A DNA stretch of 64,000 nt from NCBI RefSeq assembly GCF_039654945.1, contig NW_027361705.1, forward strand, positions 25,668,001-25,732,000. Reading direction: 5' to 3'. Shown piece by piece: positions 47,704 to 60,960 of the stretch (positions within the stretch are counted from its first letter, which is position 1; each line of letters starts with the position of its first letter). This DNA is from Dendrobates tinctorius (lineage: Eukaryota). The notes beneath the pieces were generated by a model. It saw nothing but the letters and a program-made list of their open reading frames with translations, was not told the origin of the DNA and ran no database searches. Made by a program: the position numbers and the translations under genes.

Positions 47704-47890
47704 GTACCCAAATCTATCTTGTGAGTTACTGACCTCAGACGTTTCACAGATAAATGACAGACTTGGAGAAGACGAGTCTCTGCTTAAGAGACTTTACAGT
47801 TTTCTTTTAAACGATTCTCCGTTGAATCCATTGCTCGCAAGCTTCTTCAGCAAAGTTTTAAGCATTTTAATTAGCCGTAAACCTGAACAG
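47704..47890 (+). CDS. PPP6R3: PPP6R3 coding exon 2 (187 nt)
   Basis: [66 protein letters not shown] boundaries, and the phase fits the previous exon. Confidence 0.96.
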
Positions 47891-48706
47891 GTAAATATTT
47901 TGTTGGCTTTATCATTTAATGCAAATATAGATTTTTGTGAATTGTAGCTTTGACTCATTGTCAGTTTTGTAATGTGTGCACCTTGGACAAGGTGTAGTTA
48001 CAGTATTGTTTCCTAGCTCGATGGCTTTGATCGCCCCTTACAAGTTGCAACCTTTATGCTGTCAAACATACATTCTTTCTAAATGAAATCATCAGATGTG
48101 CTGTCCTAGAGGCACACCCTGCAAAATGCAGCTTGGTATAAAGGGGTTGACCGCCCACAACCAAATTGAACAGTCTATAGGATGGGTCATCAGTAGAAAA
48201 CAATATCGGCCTGGAACCCCCACCGATCAACTGTTTGTTTTGGTGGCCTCCAATTATGAACACTTGAGTGGAGCAGAGCTTTGCATCTCTGTTCAGTATG
48301 TAGCTGACGCTGCCGGGTTCTGCTGAACCGTGCTTTGCATCCCTGTTCAAAATGTTTATAACCGGTGGTTACCACCGGGCAAATAACGGATGAATGGGGT
48401 TGGGCCCCAACCAGTCTCGTATTGATTTTGGTATTCTTACCCCCCCACCACCACCACCCCCCTTTTTTGTTTTATTATTGAGTCTTCTGGCTTTTTTGGG
48501 ACATGGCGATACTAAGAATGGTTTTTATTTCTTTCCTTTGGTTTTAAAAAATTGTTGTTTTTTTTTGGTTTTTTTTTTAATATACATATAATTTTAAGTA
48601 AGTACACTCTGAAGGACTTGTACCTGCAATCATTCAATAGTTTGCAAATCTACAATGTTGCGATATATATAGTGAAATGTGACTTTGCTCTGGAGCTCAG
48701 TTGCCA

Positions 48707-50037
48707 GCTACTTTCACACTAGCGTCGGCCGACGGACGTCGCACTGCGTCGTCCTGACGTACAGTCGCAGGTTGTGAAAGTTTTGCCCAACTGGGGCAGC
48801 GGATGCAGTTTTTCAACGCATCCGCTGCCCCATTGTAAAGTCTGGGGAGGAGGGGGTGGAGTTTCGGCCGCGCATGCGCGGTCGAAAATGGCGTACACGA
48901 CGCACCAAAAAACGTTACATGTAACGTTTTTGTGTGAGTTGCGGCCGCCAAAACACGACGCAGCCGTCGCACGACTAATGCGACCTGTGGCAATACGTCG
49001 CAATGCGTCGCTAATGTAAGTCTATGGAGAAAAAACGCATCCTGCGGGCAACTTTGCAGGATGCGTTTTTTCGCAAAAACGACGCATTGCGACGTACGTC
49101 GGCCGACGCTAGTGTGAGGCTAAGTGCACACGTACCGGAACTCTCGCGGAAATTACCGCGAGAATTCCGGAATTCCAGTCCGCGGGAAAATCGCATTTTA
49201 AATTCCCTAGCATTTTGCAAGCGTAATTAGCTTGTGAATGCTAGCGTTCTCCAAGCGATCTGTAGCATCGCTTGGAGAACTGATTGACAGGTTGGTCACA
49301 CTCGTCAAACAGTGTTTGACAAGTGTGACCAACTTTTTACTACTGAGGCCGCCTATGCAGCATCAATAGTAAAAGATAGAATGTAAAAAAAAAAAAATAA
49401 AAAACGGTGTTATTCTCACCCTCCGACGTCCCGCGCATCCGTTCCCAGTAATCCTTTGCGAAAATGCCCGCGATGACGTCCGTTCTCGCGGGATCGCGAC
49501 GTCTCGCGGTCATTCGCGATTACGTCGCGCGAATGACCGCGAGACTTCGCGATCCCGCGAGAACGGACGTCATCGCGGGCATTTTCGCAAAGGACTACTG
49601 GGAACGAGAGCGTGGAGAGAGGCGGGAAGGCTGCGCGGGACGTCGGAGGGTGAGAATAACAATATTTTTTATTTTTAAATTCTATTTTTTACAGGGATAT
49701 GGTACCCAAAGCCCGGAGGACAGTCTCCTCTCCTCCGGACCGTGGGTACCATCCGTAATTGTTCTGCTTACTTTCCGCATGATGTGCACAGCCACATGCG
49801 GAAAGTAAGCGGAACAATGCATTCCTATGGGTGCGGGATCGCCGCGATTCCGCAAATGAGCATGCTGCGGTTTTTACCGCGAAGCGATTCCGCCGCGGTA
49901 AAAACCGCAGCATTAGTACAGCTTTGCGGAATCCCATAGGAATGCATGGGATGCTTATTTTTCGCAGCAAAATCGCGCGGTTAAAACCGCCGCGGAAACG
50001 CGAAAAAAACGCCACGTGTGAACTCAGCCTGAAAGTA
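48707..50037. mobile_element. MITE with a second MITE (49118-50029, TGA TSD) inserted in its right TIR
   Basis: TACTTTCACACTAGCGTC ... GACGCTAGTGTGA[insert]AAGTA. The inner element is GGCTAAGTGCACACGT ... ACGTGTGAACTCAGCC, with a central CpG-rich hairpin of about 160 bp. Confidence 0.85.
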
Positions 50038-50458
50038 TATACAGCCATCATCTAGCTGATATGAAGCAGGATCCTCTCCTTGGCCAGCTTCATTTATTAC
50101 TATATACATCAAATGTTGTTAAAAGAGGAAATGCTCCTTTTTGAAAGTGGCAGTAAAATTCTGCATAAGAAATTTAGTAGGTGTCAAATACTTTTTTACA
50201 TTTTAGTATATTGGTGTAAAAACCAGTAAAGCATAGGTGACCATCATGTGAATGAAAGTTGCATTTACATGGGCAGATTTCTGTACATAAACCAAGTCGG
50301 TCAGAGATTTGTTTTATTGCTTGTTCACATAAGCCGATGCCAGCTGTATAAAGACAGTGCTCGTATGATCAGTCCCTAGAGCATGCATGTTGTCAGCGAT
50401 CTAATCTGCCAAAAACTGAGCATTGTGCGTGTTCATTAGCTGATTGCTGGCAGGCTTA

Positions 50459-50845
50459 AGGCCCCTTTACATTTAGCAATGCACCAGCGATCCCGACCAC
50501 GATACGACCCGGTCAGGATCGCTGGTGCATCGCTAAATGGTCGCTAGTGAGCTGCCACAGAAGCAGATCGCACCAGTGACACAGCAGCGGTCGTTACTTA
50601 ACTTTCAGACGCGGCGATAATGATGTCCTCCCGCCAGCGTCCACCCGGCGCTCGTCGGCGCCAGCAGGAAGCAGCCGACGAGAAATGGACCTGGACGATC
50701 TCGTGCGATCAGCGATAGCCAGTGGGGGAGCCGGTCGGAGGTAAGTATCACATGTAGCGATATCGCTAGCAATATCACTGCTGCGTCACAAAATCGGTGA
50801 CGCTTTAGCGATATTGCTAGCGATATCGCAATGTGTAAAGGGCCG
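50459..50845. mobile_element. MITE (same family as 9512-9918)
   Basis: GGCCCCTTTACA ... TGTAAAGGGCC, colinear with the 9512 copy. Confidence 0.85.
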
Positions 50846-51791
50846 TTTATACAGACTGATAATCGGGAACGAGTGTTCGAGTGCAGATTTTGCCAATTAT
50901 TGTACAAACTTGTCACTTCTGTCAAGGTTATTGGCATTATGAAACATCAGAAGTTGTCCAAGTTCTGAGCCTTCACCAGTCATTTAAGTGAAATGACTGG
51001 CACAATCCAAGTTCTCCTCCTCACAGGTAGACTGGATTAGGTGCAGTTCGGCTCAGACTTTCTATAAACCCCATCCTTCAACTGAATCTTTGAAAAGCCA
51101 CAGCATTTCAGAGCAAAACTTTCCTCTTTGTTGGTACCTTGTTGGAATTTAATGCCATGAGGTATTAGAACAGCATGAAGCAAAGTAGAAAATTAAAAGA
51201 AAAAGTCCTCCAACATAATGTGAAATTACTGCATATACTTGAGAATCTGAATGGGGAGGGCATGTAAAACATTACAGCAGCTGTCCATGAATGCAGACAT
51301 GGAGGACCTGTCACCAGCTCCAAAAGTGTTCAGTTCTTGTTTTATTCCTGCTGCTCCCCTCGTTAAAGGGTTGATTGTGACTTGTAGGATCCCTACTTCA
51401 AACAGGTGGCGCTATAGAGTTCAAGTCCTCTTTCTCTCTGAAGAGGCAATTTGCATACTGCTCTCCCGGAAATTCAAGTGTTTTTTTTTTTTTTTTTTTA
51501 AATCCATCACAGTTCTACAGAGATGGGCCTTTTTAATTACTGTTAATTTTTACAATCTTGACTAAGTGGGCAATGCTCACAGGATTCTTTGGGGATGTCT
51601 CTAGGCTGCTCTGCATAATTACTGTGTGATCCCCTTTGCAAAGACTAAAAAGTAGTAGTAAAGATAAAGGCCTATATCTCTGGAACCATATGGCAAAGTT
51701 GGGGAAGAAAGAGAAAAATTGGAACACTCCGAGGAACAGCAAGACTAAAATAAGAGCTAAAGCCTACTTTTCACCTAGTGACAAGTCGTTT

Positions 51792-52360
51792 TTAAAGGGG
51801 ATCTGTCACCTATTTTTCGTATATAAGCTGCGGCCACCGCCATCAGGGGCTTATCTACAGCATTCTGTAATGCTGTAGATAAGCCCCCGATGTTACCTGA
51901 AAGAAGAAAAATGAGTTATATTATACTCACCCAGGGGCGGGCCGGGTCCGATGGGTGTTGCGGTCCGGTCCGGCGCCTCCCATCTTCTAGCGATGACGTC
52001 CTCTTCTTTGCTTTCCATCGTGGCTCTGGCCCACTGCTCTGCCTCCCATCTTCTAGCGATGACGTCCTCTTCTTTGCTTTCCGTCGTGGCTCCGGCCCAC
52101 TGCTCTGCCCTGTTGGGGCAGAGCAGTGCGCCGGAGCCGCGACGCGAAGCAAAGAGGACGTGATCGCTAGAAGATGGGAGGCGCCAGACCGCGACACCCA
52201 TCGGACCCAGACCGACCCTGGGTGAGTATTATATAACTCGTTTTTCTTCTCTTTCAGGTTACATCGGGGGCTTATTTACAGCATTACAGAATGCTGTAGA
52301 TAAGCCCCTGATGGCGGTGGCCACAGCTTATATACGAAGGAGGTGACAGATTCCCTTTAA
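51792..52360. mobile_element. T2/Kolobok-type MITE with long inverted arms
   Basis: TTAAGGGGATCTGTCACC ... GGTGACAGATTCCCTTTAA. Confidence 0.88.
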
Positions 52361-52498
52361 AGGATAGGATGGGTCATATATATCTGCTTAGAGGAGCTGT
52401 TCTGCAGTACCCAGCAGCTGCTGCGCAATGAATGGATCTGCACAATACATCTCCATCCCAGATATTTTACCACTGGGTAGGTAATGGGTGTATTCTGA

Positions 52499-52946
52499 AG
52501 GCCCCGTTACACATAGCGAGATCGCCGAAACGTCTCAGATTTTGTGACGCAAGAGCGACTTCGCCAGCAATCTCGCCAGGTGTGATACATAGCGGCGACC
52601 GGCCCCCCTTGCGATATCGCTGATTGTGCTCGAATGTCCTGGGCCATTTTTTGATCGTTGGTGTCCCGCTGGCCAGCGTGCATCGCTGTGTTTGACACCA
52701 TAACAACAAGCAACCTCGTTGGTGACTCGGAACTCGCGCCTATCAAGGTCTGAGTCGTCAGAATAGCTGCTGTGTGACAAGGTCCCAACGACCGCCGAGG
52801 TCGTTATACGGATCGCCGCATCGTTGCTGCGTAGATCTGCCTGTTTGACAGCTTACTAGCGACCATGTAGCGACACACCAGCGATCCTGACCAGGTCGTA
52901 TCGTTGTCGGGATCGCTGGAGCGTCGCTATGTGTAACAGTACCCTG
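52499..52946. mobile_element. MITE (ATCGCT-rich Harbinger-type family)
   Basis: GGCCCCGTTACACATAGCGA ... TCGCTATGTGTAAC. Confidence 0.8.
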
Positions 52947-53085
52947 ACTGAACAACACCTTTAAGTATTTGTATCTTTTCTGTTATGTATTGCAAGATAA
53001 TTCTATTATTTGTAAGGCTTGAGTCTTTCAGGAGGCAGACTGGCTTTGACATTTGTGTAAATTCTTTTTTTTTTTAATGTTGCAG

Positions 53086-53223
53086 ATTGTAGCCTTTTTG
53101 AAGAAAAAAGATGATTTTGTTGATTTGATCATAAAACATATAGGAACCTCTGCTATTATGGATTTGCTGCTAAGACTTCTCACGTGTATTGAGCCACCGC
53201 AACTAAGGCAAGATGTCCTAAAT
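53086..53223 (+). CDS. PPP6R3: PPP6R3 coding exon 3 (138 nt)
   Basis: [46 protein letters not shown], with a TGCAG acceptor and GTAAGT donor. Confidence 0.96.
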
Positions 53224-54200
53224 GTAAGTTCCACGCTCTCTCATATTGATTCTGATGGGCTTTTAACATGCTGCGGTGATTGCTTCACTAGACCAGAGCT
53301 GTAATATCAAAGGGACTGTATGAAGCCGCGTAAAACCCTGAGTGAGTTATGAAGAGGCTGCAGCACTTGCCCGGGCACGTGACCTCTTCTGTAAGGGGTG
53401 CAGAGTCAGACCCCTATTCCTTAACATTCATGGCCTTTTCTGGCAACAATCCTTTAGGTTTTAAGGTCTGGATAACTTTTTGACATGTTCAAAATCTTCC
53501 AAGTCCTCAAACCTGGCTTCAATAAGTATATGTGCACACACTGCAGTGGCTTTTTTTTTTTTTTTGTTCTATAGGGTTTTTTTTTTTTTGTTGGTTTTTT
53601 TTGTTTTTGAATGGGTGAAAAAAGTTACGCTAAATTGACAGGCTGTTTAAAAAAATAACGCTAGCAAAAATAAAAAAATCATAAGCTTTTAGAAATCTCC
53701 TTCATTTTGCTTGCGGGACTGGGTTCGGCGGGGTGTGACGCAACGAGCCATCTAATTTATGACGAGCTGTGTCATTTCTTTGCCAGAAATCTCACTCCAG
53801 TATGTGAGTGGAGTGACCTTTTTGGCATAGCTCATGACATGCGTCAGTCTACAGATTCATGAAGTAGTGGTCACCTCTTCATAAACCTGGAGTGTCTTAC
53901 TGTAGCACACCCCCTCATCAAGAGCGATGTGAACCACACCAATCTCGAAGAATTGGGCCCACTCTTCTTTTTCTAATTAGACCCTTTTAGACCGGAAATA
54001 AGCCTCAGCTCTTCAAGGGAGCTGGAGCATTGGCATTTTATGTGAACAATTGTATTCTAGAAAAGGTTTCATTTGGTTACTTGAATTTTATAATTTTCAT
54101 TTGTCTTTTTTTTTTTTTCATTTTGTTCATCCTTTTGTTTTTAGAAAAAAAAAAAAGGTCTGGTCTCTTAGTCTCAAATTTAACTTGTATTTTTCTGTAG

Positions 54201-54266
54201 TGGCTAAATGAAGAGAAGATAATTCAGAGACTTGTAGAGTTAGTTCACCCCACTCAGGATGAAGAT
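54201..54266 (+). CDS. PPP6R3: PPP6R3 coding exon 4 (66 nt; not in the ORF track)
   Basis: WLNEEKIIQRLVELVHPTQDED, with a TTTTCTGTAG acceptor and GTAAGT donor. Confidence 0.95.
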
Positions 54267-54745
54267 GTAAGTATATCTGTTAATCCATAGCCTGGAGCTT
54301 TATGGTTAGTTCGCATTTTTTTTTTTTTCTTCTTTTGTGGAAAAACTAGGTGGGGGGCAACTGGGACTGGCTGTGAAGAGGTGGCAATGTGGATCGAAAT
54401 AGAGGAAGAGTTGGTAGCTATTGTCAAATCTTTTCTTGTTCCCTTTGTGCATACAATATTTGTGCAGAATCTACATTAAAATGTGGGCTATCCATATGTA
54501 TAAATCTAAACAGGTGGCGACGGTTAATCCCCAAATTTCAAGGGTTTCATACTTGCTGCTATCCGTGCTAGGGATGTCATATCAGTGGTGGCACGGTAGT
54601 GCCAAGTATTATATTTGCACATTATAATATAATTTTTTACTATATGCTGTATGTTTGGGGTCATTTTCCTCTTGCAGAATAAATATGGATCCACTCAAGA
54701 GTGCTCTCTGATGGTATTACATGACGACTATGTATGTGAGTGTAA

Positions 54746-55180
54746 AGGCCCCGTCACACTAAGCGATCTCGCTAGCGAGATCGCTGATTTCGTGACACAT
54801 CAGCGATCTCGCCAGTGAGATCGCTGTGTGTGACGGGGATCAGCGACCGGCCTCCCTGCCGGTTATCGCTGATCGTGCTCGAGCGGCCTGGGCCGTTTTT
54901 CGATCGCTGGTCTCCCGCTGCCCAGCGCGCATCGCTGCGTGTGGCAGCGAGAGACAAGCGATCAACGACGCTGGTTGCTAATGTAAGCGTCGGGTATCCA
55001 GGAGCCGCGGCTCCTGGATACCTGCTGGTTTCCAAGGTAAACGTCGGGTATTCAGGAGTCACGCGGCTCTTGGATACCAGACGTTTACATTATAAACCAG
55101 CGTCGCTGGGGCTGTCTAACGATGTCCCAGCGATCCAATCATGTGGGATCGCTGGGACATCGTTTAGTGTGACGGGGCCT
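54746..55180. mobile_element. MITE, Harbinger-type (TAA TSD)
   Basis: TAA|AGGCCCCGTCACACTAA ... TTAGTGTGACGGGGCCT|TAA perfect TIRs. Confidence 0.9.
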
Positions 55181-56478
55181 TAATTCTCAGCGTTGAGAAG
55201 AGGATGTCATTAAGAGTTTTACTTCAATAATCCATTCTGTGTAAGATTTTAAGAAATAACTACTTTTCTCACTGATTTTCAGAAATGCATATTACTCTGT
55301 CGCCTCATTGGGGGACACAGAACCATGGGTGTTATGCTGCTGTCCACTAGGAGGCGACACTATGCATAATCTGAAAATGATTAACTTTGGCTCCTCCTCT
55401 GCAGTATACACCCCTGGACGGCATCAGCCTTCTCCAGTTTTTGCTTAGTGTCGCAGGAGGCACACCTAAGAATTTTTTTTACTCCGTCTTTTTCCTGGAT
55501 TTTTTTCCAAAGGACTACAGATGAAGAAAAGCGGGTCTCCAGCGAGACTCCCGGCATGGCTCCCTCCTCGGTCCCCCATTAGGGGTACCCGGTTGAGGTC
55601 GAGGTGGCTATTTCCCCATGGCGCTCCCTCCCCAGTCCCTCGGGTCCTGGTTCGAGGTCGAGACCCCCCTCCTTCCCCAACCCCTTTGGGGTCTGGGTTG
55701 AGGAGAGGATGAAGACCCCCTGACGGTGACAGACGCACCCTCCCTAATCCCCCGCAGGGGGCATTAGGTTGAGACGCCTCAGGTAGGGTCGGAGTACAGG
55801 CAGCATTCCGCAGCTTCCAGGGACCCCAGACCAGCTGAGGGATCCTGTTGGGGCCGGGGGAGGGTGCGGACTGGATGGCACAGCAGAGACAGGGCTTTTC
55901 TGCGTCCCTGTCTCTGCAGCAGCAGCGGCTCCATCGCGCTCCGGGGGCCCCCCATACAGGAACCGCTACCCCCACCGCTATCCAGTCGACCATTCTGGGG
56001 TGGGTTTGGTACGAATCCGCCCCCCGGACTACCGCGCCGCTCTGGAGCCCTCCTGGGCATCAGGCCTCTAATTTAGACCGTGGCTTCGGCTTAGCCGAAG
56101 CCGCCGCCTTTTCCCCGCCCCCCGGATGACTAAAATGACACACTGGAGTGTCATAGAAGGGGCGGATTGAGGCAGAAAGGGCGCGTTTTTACACAGCCCA
56201 GCGCGCCCTTTTCAGCTCTCCGCCCCCTCCTCCCTCTCCTCAGAGTCCCGGTGGCCATTTTTTTTTGGATGAGATCCAGGAGAGGAGCATCACAGCAGTC
56301 TCCGGGGGGCACAGAACTGGGATCTGTTGGCGCTGGACCTAGGGGCACACCGGTGGGGTAAGCTCACAGCTGGGTTCTCATTACTCAGCTGTGAATCTAT
56401 ACTTCCTATAAGGCTTTCTGTGGGTTCCCTCTGCGTAGCCACCCCTGTACGATCCCTTATAGCCAGCCTCTGTGCACT

Positions 56479-58038
56479 ATGCCGGGCTCAAGGAAGAGAA
56501 CCAGGCAGGAATGTTTCTATGCATTCTGCACAGCCTGCAAAGCCACACTCCCTAGTGGCAGCACGTATCCGCACTGCCGGGACTGCATCCAGAACTCTGG
56601 GTCAGAACCCCAGGGAGTCCCTACTGACGCTTCAGGCCACGCCGGAATGGGCAACTCAGATGTCACAGTCTATGACACAGTCCATAGACAACCTAACTGC
56701 CACATTGCTGCAAGCTCTGCAGAGTCGGGCTCCAGCTATGGACGTTACACAGCAAACGGACAGCTTGTCTCAGGAACATGCTGCTTCCGACTCTCACAAA
56801 CGTAAGCGGACCCACAGGTCTCGATCACCTGAGTCATCCTATAGCACAAGGTCGTCCCCCTCCAGCGAGAGACAGCGTCATTCCAGGTCTCCTAGGCAGT
56901 CTCCTGTCACAGACAGACAGTGCAATTTACCACAGAGATCCCCCCCCATCACAGAAGACCCCCGCCCCAGGTCACTCTCCAGGGATCACCTTAGCGAGGC
57001 ACAGGATTCGGAGGGCATCTGTGACTCCGACTCAGATAACGAGACGGAGAGGTCCGTGGTACCTTCTCCCCCTAGCAATACAGCGCTAGTTGAGGACATA
57101 ATCTCTGCCATCCATCGGGTGCTAAAAATTCCAGAGTCGGCCCCGGAAGTCCCGGAACATAGGATTTGCTTCGAAAGTGTTTAGAAACCACCTAAGGTCT
57201 TCCCTAATCACCATGAGTTTGAGAAAATACTTACCAAACAGTTTGCGCAGCCTGAGAAATTTGCTAATCGCAAATATTTGGAAGCGAAGTACCCCTTCCC
57301 ACAGACAGACACCAAACAATGGACAGATCCACCTGAAGTGGACCCCCCGGTTTCGAGGCTAGCAGCGCAGACCTTACTCTCTCTGCCAGATAGCTCAACT
57401 CTCAGGGACGCAGCAGACCGGCAAGTAGAACGCATGGCTCGTTCTATTTTTGAAGCGGCAGGCGCCTCTGGGCCCTGCGTTTGCTTCAGTGTGGGCGGCC
57501 AAGGCCATCCTGGCTTGGGCCAAAAAACTACAGGAGGGTCTTCAAGCTTCAAATCCCGAGCTCTCGGACCAAGCGGTCCAGATAGCAGTGGTAGCAGACT
57601 ACATGCTTCATGCAGCCCTGGATTCTGCAAGAGGTGTAGCGGGAATAGCATCAAACGCCATCACGATCCGACGCATCCTCTGGCTGTGAGAATGGAAAGC
57701 GGATGCTGCCTCAAAGAAGTCCCTCACGCGACTTCCGTATCTTACTGGAAGACTTTTCGGCGAAAAGTTGGACACAATGATAGCCAATGCCACTGGGGGT
57801 AAGAGTACCTCTCCCTCAACTAAAACCGAAACGCACATTTAAACGAAGAAACCAGACACGATTCCGATCCTTTCGGAATTCCTCGGGCTGGTCCGTTTCG
57901 CGCCCAGCGCAAAACCGTAACCGCTCTCCACGCAGGGACAACCCACGGACGCAGCAGCGACCGGACAGGTCTTCGCAGTCGAAAGCAGGCCAAGCGAAAC
58001 CCAAGGGAGGAAAACCTCAGAACTTCGCTTCATCATGA
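56479..58038 (+). pseudogene. DIRS B gag-like ORF1, frameshifted
   Basis: CTAC-x12-CRDC zinc finger, an RS-rich linker, KYPFP..WTDPPEVDPPVSRL..LRDAADR and RRILWL. Confidence 0.8.
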
Positions 58039-58059
58039 CTCACGAACTCCGGAAGACAC

Positions 58060-59942
58060 CCCACCAGTAGGCGGCCGACTTTTACTCTTTCAGCAAGTCT
58101 GGCTGCCTATTACAGAAGACAGGTGGGTCAGGGAAATAGTGTCTTCCGGATACAAGATAGAGTTCACTTCCGCTCCACCGAACCGGTTCTTCCTCTCTAT
58201 TCCTCCAACACTACCAGACAAGGCTCGTGCTTTCCACCAAGCGGTCTCCTCTCTCCTTCAAGCAGGAGTTGTGGTGTCGGTTCCCGCGAACGAGAGATTC
58301 CGAGGGTTCTACTCAAATCTGTTCGTAGTCCCCAAGAAAGGAGGCAGCGTCCGACCCATACTGGACCTAAAACAGCTCAACAATTATGTACGGGTCCGTC
58401 ATTTCCGCATGGAGTCCCTCCGGTCCATCATTGCATCCATGGAGCAGGGAGAATACCTTGCCTCCATAGACATACAGGATGCGTATCTGCACATACCAAT
58501 TGCCCCCGCCCACCAAAGGTTTCTCAGGTTCGCGATCAACCAAAACCACTACCAGTTTGTCGCCCTTCCGTTCGGACTCGCCACGGCTCCAAGAACGTTC
58601 ACCAAAGTCATGGCGGCCACCATGGACGCTCTGCACTCAAGAGGCATTCTAGTCATCCCGTACCTGGACGACCTCCTCATCAAGTCTCCCACTTTCAAAG
58701 ACTGCGAGGTCAGTGTCTCAATCACAATAGACACACTGAGTCGCCTGGGATGGCTAGTCAACCTACAGAAATCGTCGACTATCCCATGTCAGACTCCAAC
58801 ATTCCTGGGAATGTTATTCGACACCTCCAGGGGCCTGGTGCTCCTTCCCAAGGACAAGACACTGGCCATCCGTCTGGGAGTTCGTACACTCCTTCGCAGT
58901 CCTCCTCGATCTCTCCGGTTTGCCATGAGAGTCCTCGGCCGGATGGCAGCAGCAATAGAGGCAGTGCCATTTGCCCAGTTTCACCTCAGGGTCCTTCAAC
59001 TAGCCATACTCAGATCTTGGGACAGGAATCCCTTCTCCCTCGACAGGGAGTTCAGGTTGACGTCGTCAACCAGGAGGTCCCTGCATTGGTGGCTCAAACC
59101 AACCTCGCTTTCACGAGGGAAGCCCTTTCTCTCAGGACAATGGAAGATCCTGACTACCGATGCAAGCCTGACAGGCTGGTGGGCGGTGCACCTACATCAC
59201 AGGGCACAAGGCAAGTGGTCACCGAGGGAAGTGACATTGCCCATCAATATTCTGGAAATCAGGGCCATCCTCTTGGCACTGTGAGCCTTTCATCACTTGC
59301 TTGCAGCCTCGCACATATGGATACAGTCGGACAATGCTACGGCTGTGGCATACGTGAACCACCAAGGTGGGACCCGCAGCGCCCAGGCGATGAGAGAAGT
59401 GGCGCATATCCTCCGCTGGGCAGAAGACACGAGGTCGGTACTTTCTGCGGTCCACATTCCGGGTGTAGAAAACTGGGAAGCCGACTTCCTCAGCAGGCAA
59501 GGAATGGACTCGGGGGAGTGGTCTCTCCATCCCGAGATTTTTTACCAGATCTGTCAACGTTGGGGAACCCCGGAGGTGGACCTAATGGCATCCCATCTCA
59601 ATACCAAGGTCCCCAATTTCATGGCCAGGACACACGACCCGCGGTCGCTCGGAGCGGATGCCCTGGTCCAGGACTGGTCCCAGTTCCGACTCCTGTACAT
59701 TTTTCCACCCCCTCCCCCTAATCTCCAGGGTCGTGAGGAAGATCAAGCAAGAGGGAGTTCCAACCATCCTCATCGCGTCAGACTGGCCCAGACGTACATG
59801 GTACGCCGACATCGTTCAACTTACTGCAGACGTCCCCTGGCGTCTACCCGACCGTCACGACCTTCTGTCCCAAGGTCCGTTCTTCCACCAGAATTCAGGG
59901 GCTCTCAATTTGACGGCATGGCCCTTGAAACCTGGATTCTAA
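58060..59942 (+). pseudogene. DIRS B RT / RNase H / methyltransferase-like ORF (stop at 59282, frameshift near 59710)
   Basis: VPKKGGSVRPILDLKQLN, DIQDAYLH, LPFGLATAPRTFTK, YLDD, TTDAS, INILE, SDNATAVAYVNHQGGT, NWEADFLSR, VDLMAS and YIFPP. Confidence 0.95.
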
Positions 59943-60960
59943 CCCAGGCAGGTTTTTCACCGGCAGTCATTGCAACTATGATCAGGGCAAGGAAGCCTGC
60001 CTCCGCCAAGCTCTATTATCGTACCTGGAGAGCTTTCTTTTCTTGGTGCGAATCTCATGGACAAGTCCCACTCCCTTATTCCCTCCCGAAGGTACTAGGT
60101 TTTCTTCAATCGGGCCTAGACACCAAGCTATCCTTAAGCTAGCTTAAGAGTCCGGTGTCGGCGCTTTCAGTCCTTTTTCAAAAGCGCATTGCTATTAAAC
60201 CGCAAGTAAGGACTTTCATCCAGGGAGTTTCCCGATTGGTTCCTCCCTACAAACGTCCGCTGGATACGTGGGACCTCAATCTGGTCCTGACAGCATTGCA
60301 AGCTCCACCCTTCGAAACTCTTAGAGGAGTTCCACTTTCCATTCTGTCTCAGAAAGTGGTTTTTCTAGTGGCGATCACCTCGTTACGCAGGGTGTCGGAA
60401 TTGTCAGCACTTTCCTGCAGACGGCCTTTCCTAGCTTTTCACCAGGACAAGGTGGTTCTCCGCATGGTACCATCCTTCCTTCCGAAGGTTGTGTCCAACT
60501 TTCACCTCAATGAGGAGATTTCACTGCCATCCCTTTGCCCGGTTCCGGTTCATAGAGTGGAGAAGGCTCTGCATACGCTTGACCTCGTCAGAGCATTGCG
60601 GATTTACGTGTCCAGGACTGCACCTTTCCGGAAGTCTGATTCCCTCTTCATTCTTCCGGAAGGTAGTCGCAAGGGGCTGCCGGCTTCCAAGGCTACCCTT
60701 GCCAGGTGGATCAAGTCCACCATACATGAGGCCTACCGACTTAACAGTTCCCCTCTTCCGGCCGGTATCACGGCACACTCTACAAGGGCAGTAGGGGCCT
60801 CCTGGGCCATTCGGCATCAGGCTTCGGCACAACAAGTGTGTAAGGCGGCCACTTGGACCAGCCTACACACGTTTACAAAAACACTACAGTGTTCATACCC
60901 AGTCCTCAGCGGATGCGAGCCTGGGTAGACTGGTTCTGCAGGCGGCAGTGCCCCAAATTT
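59918..60960 (+). pseudogene. DIRS B tyrosine recombinase (stop at 60140)
   Basis: WDLNLVL, ITSLRRVSEL, FLPKV, LDLVRAL, AHSTR and VCKAATW. Confidence 0.95.
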
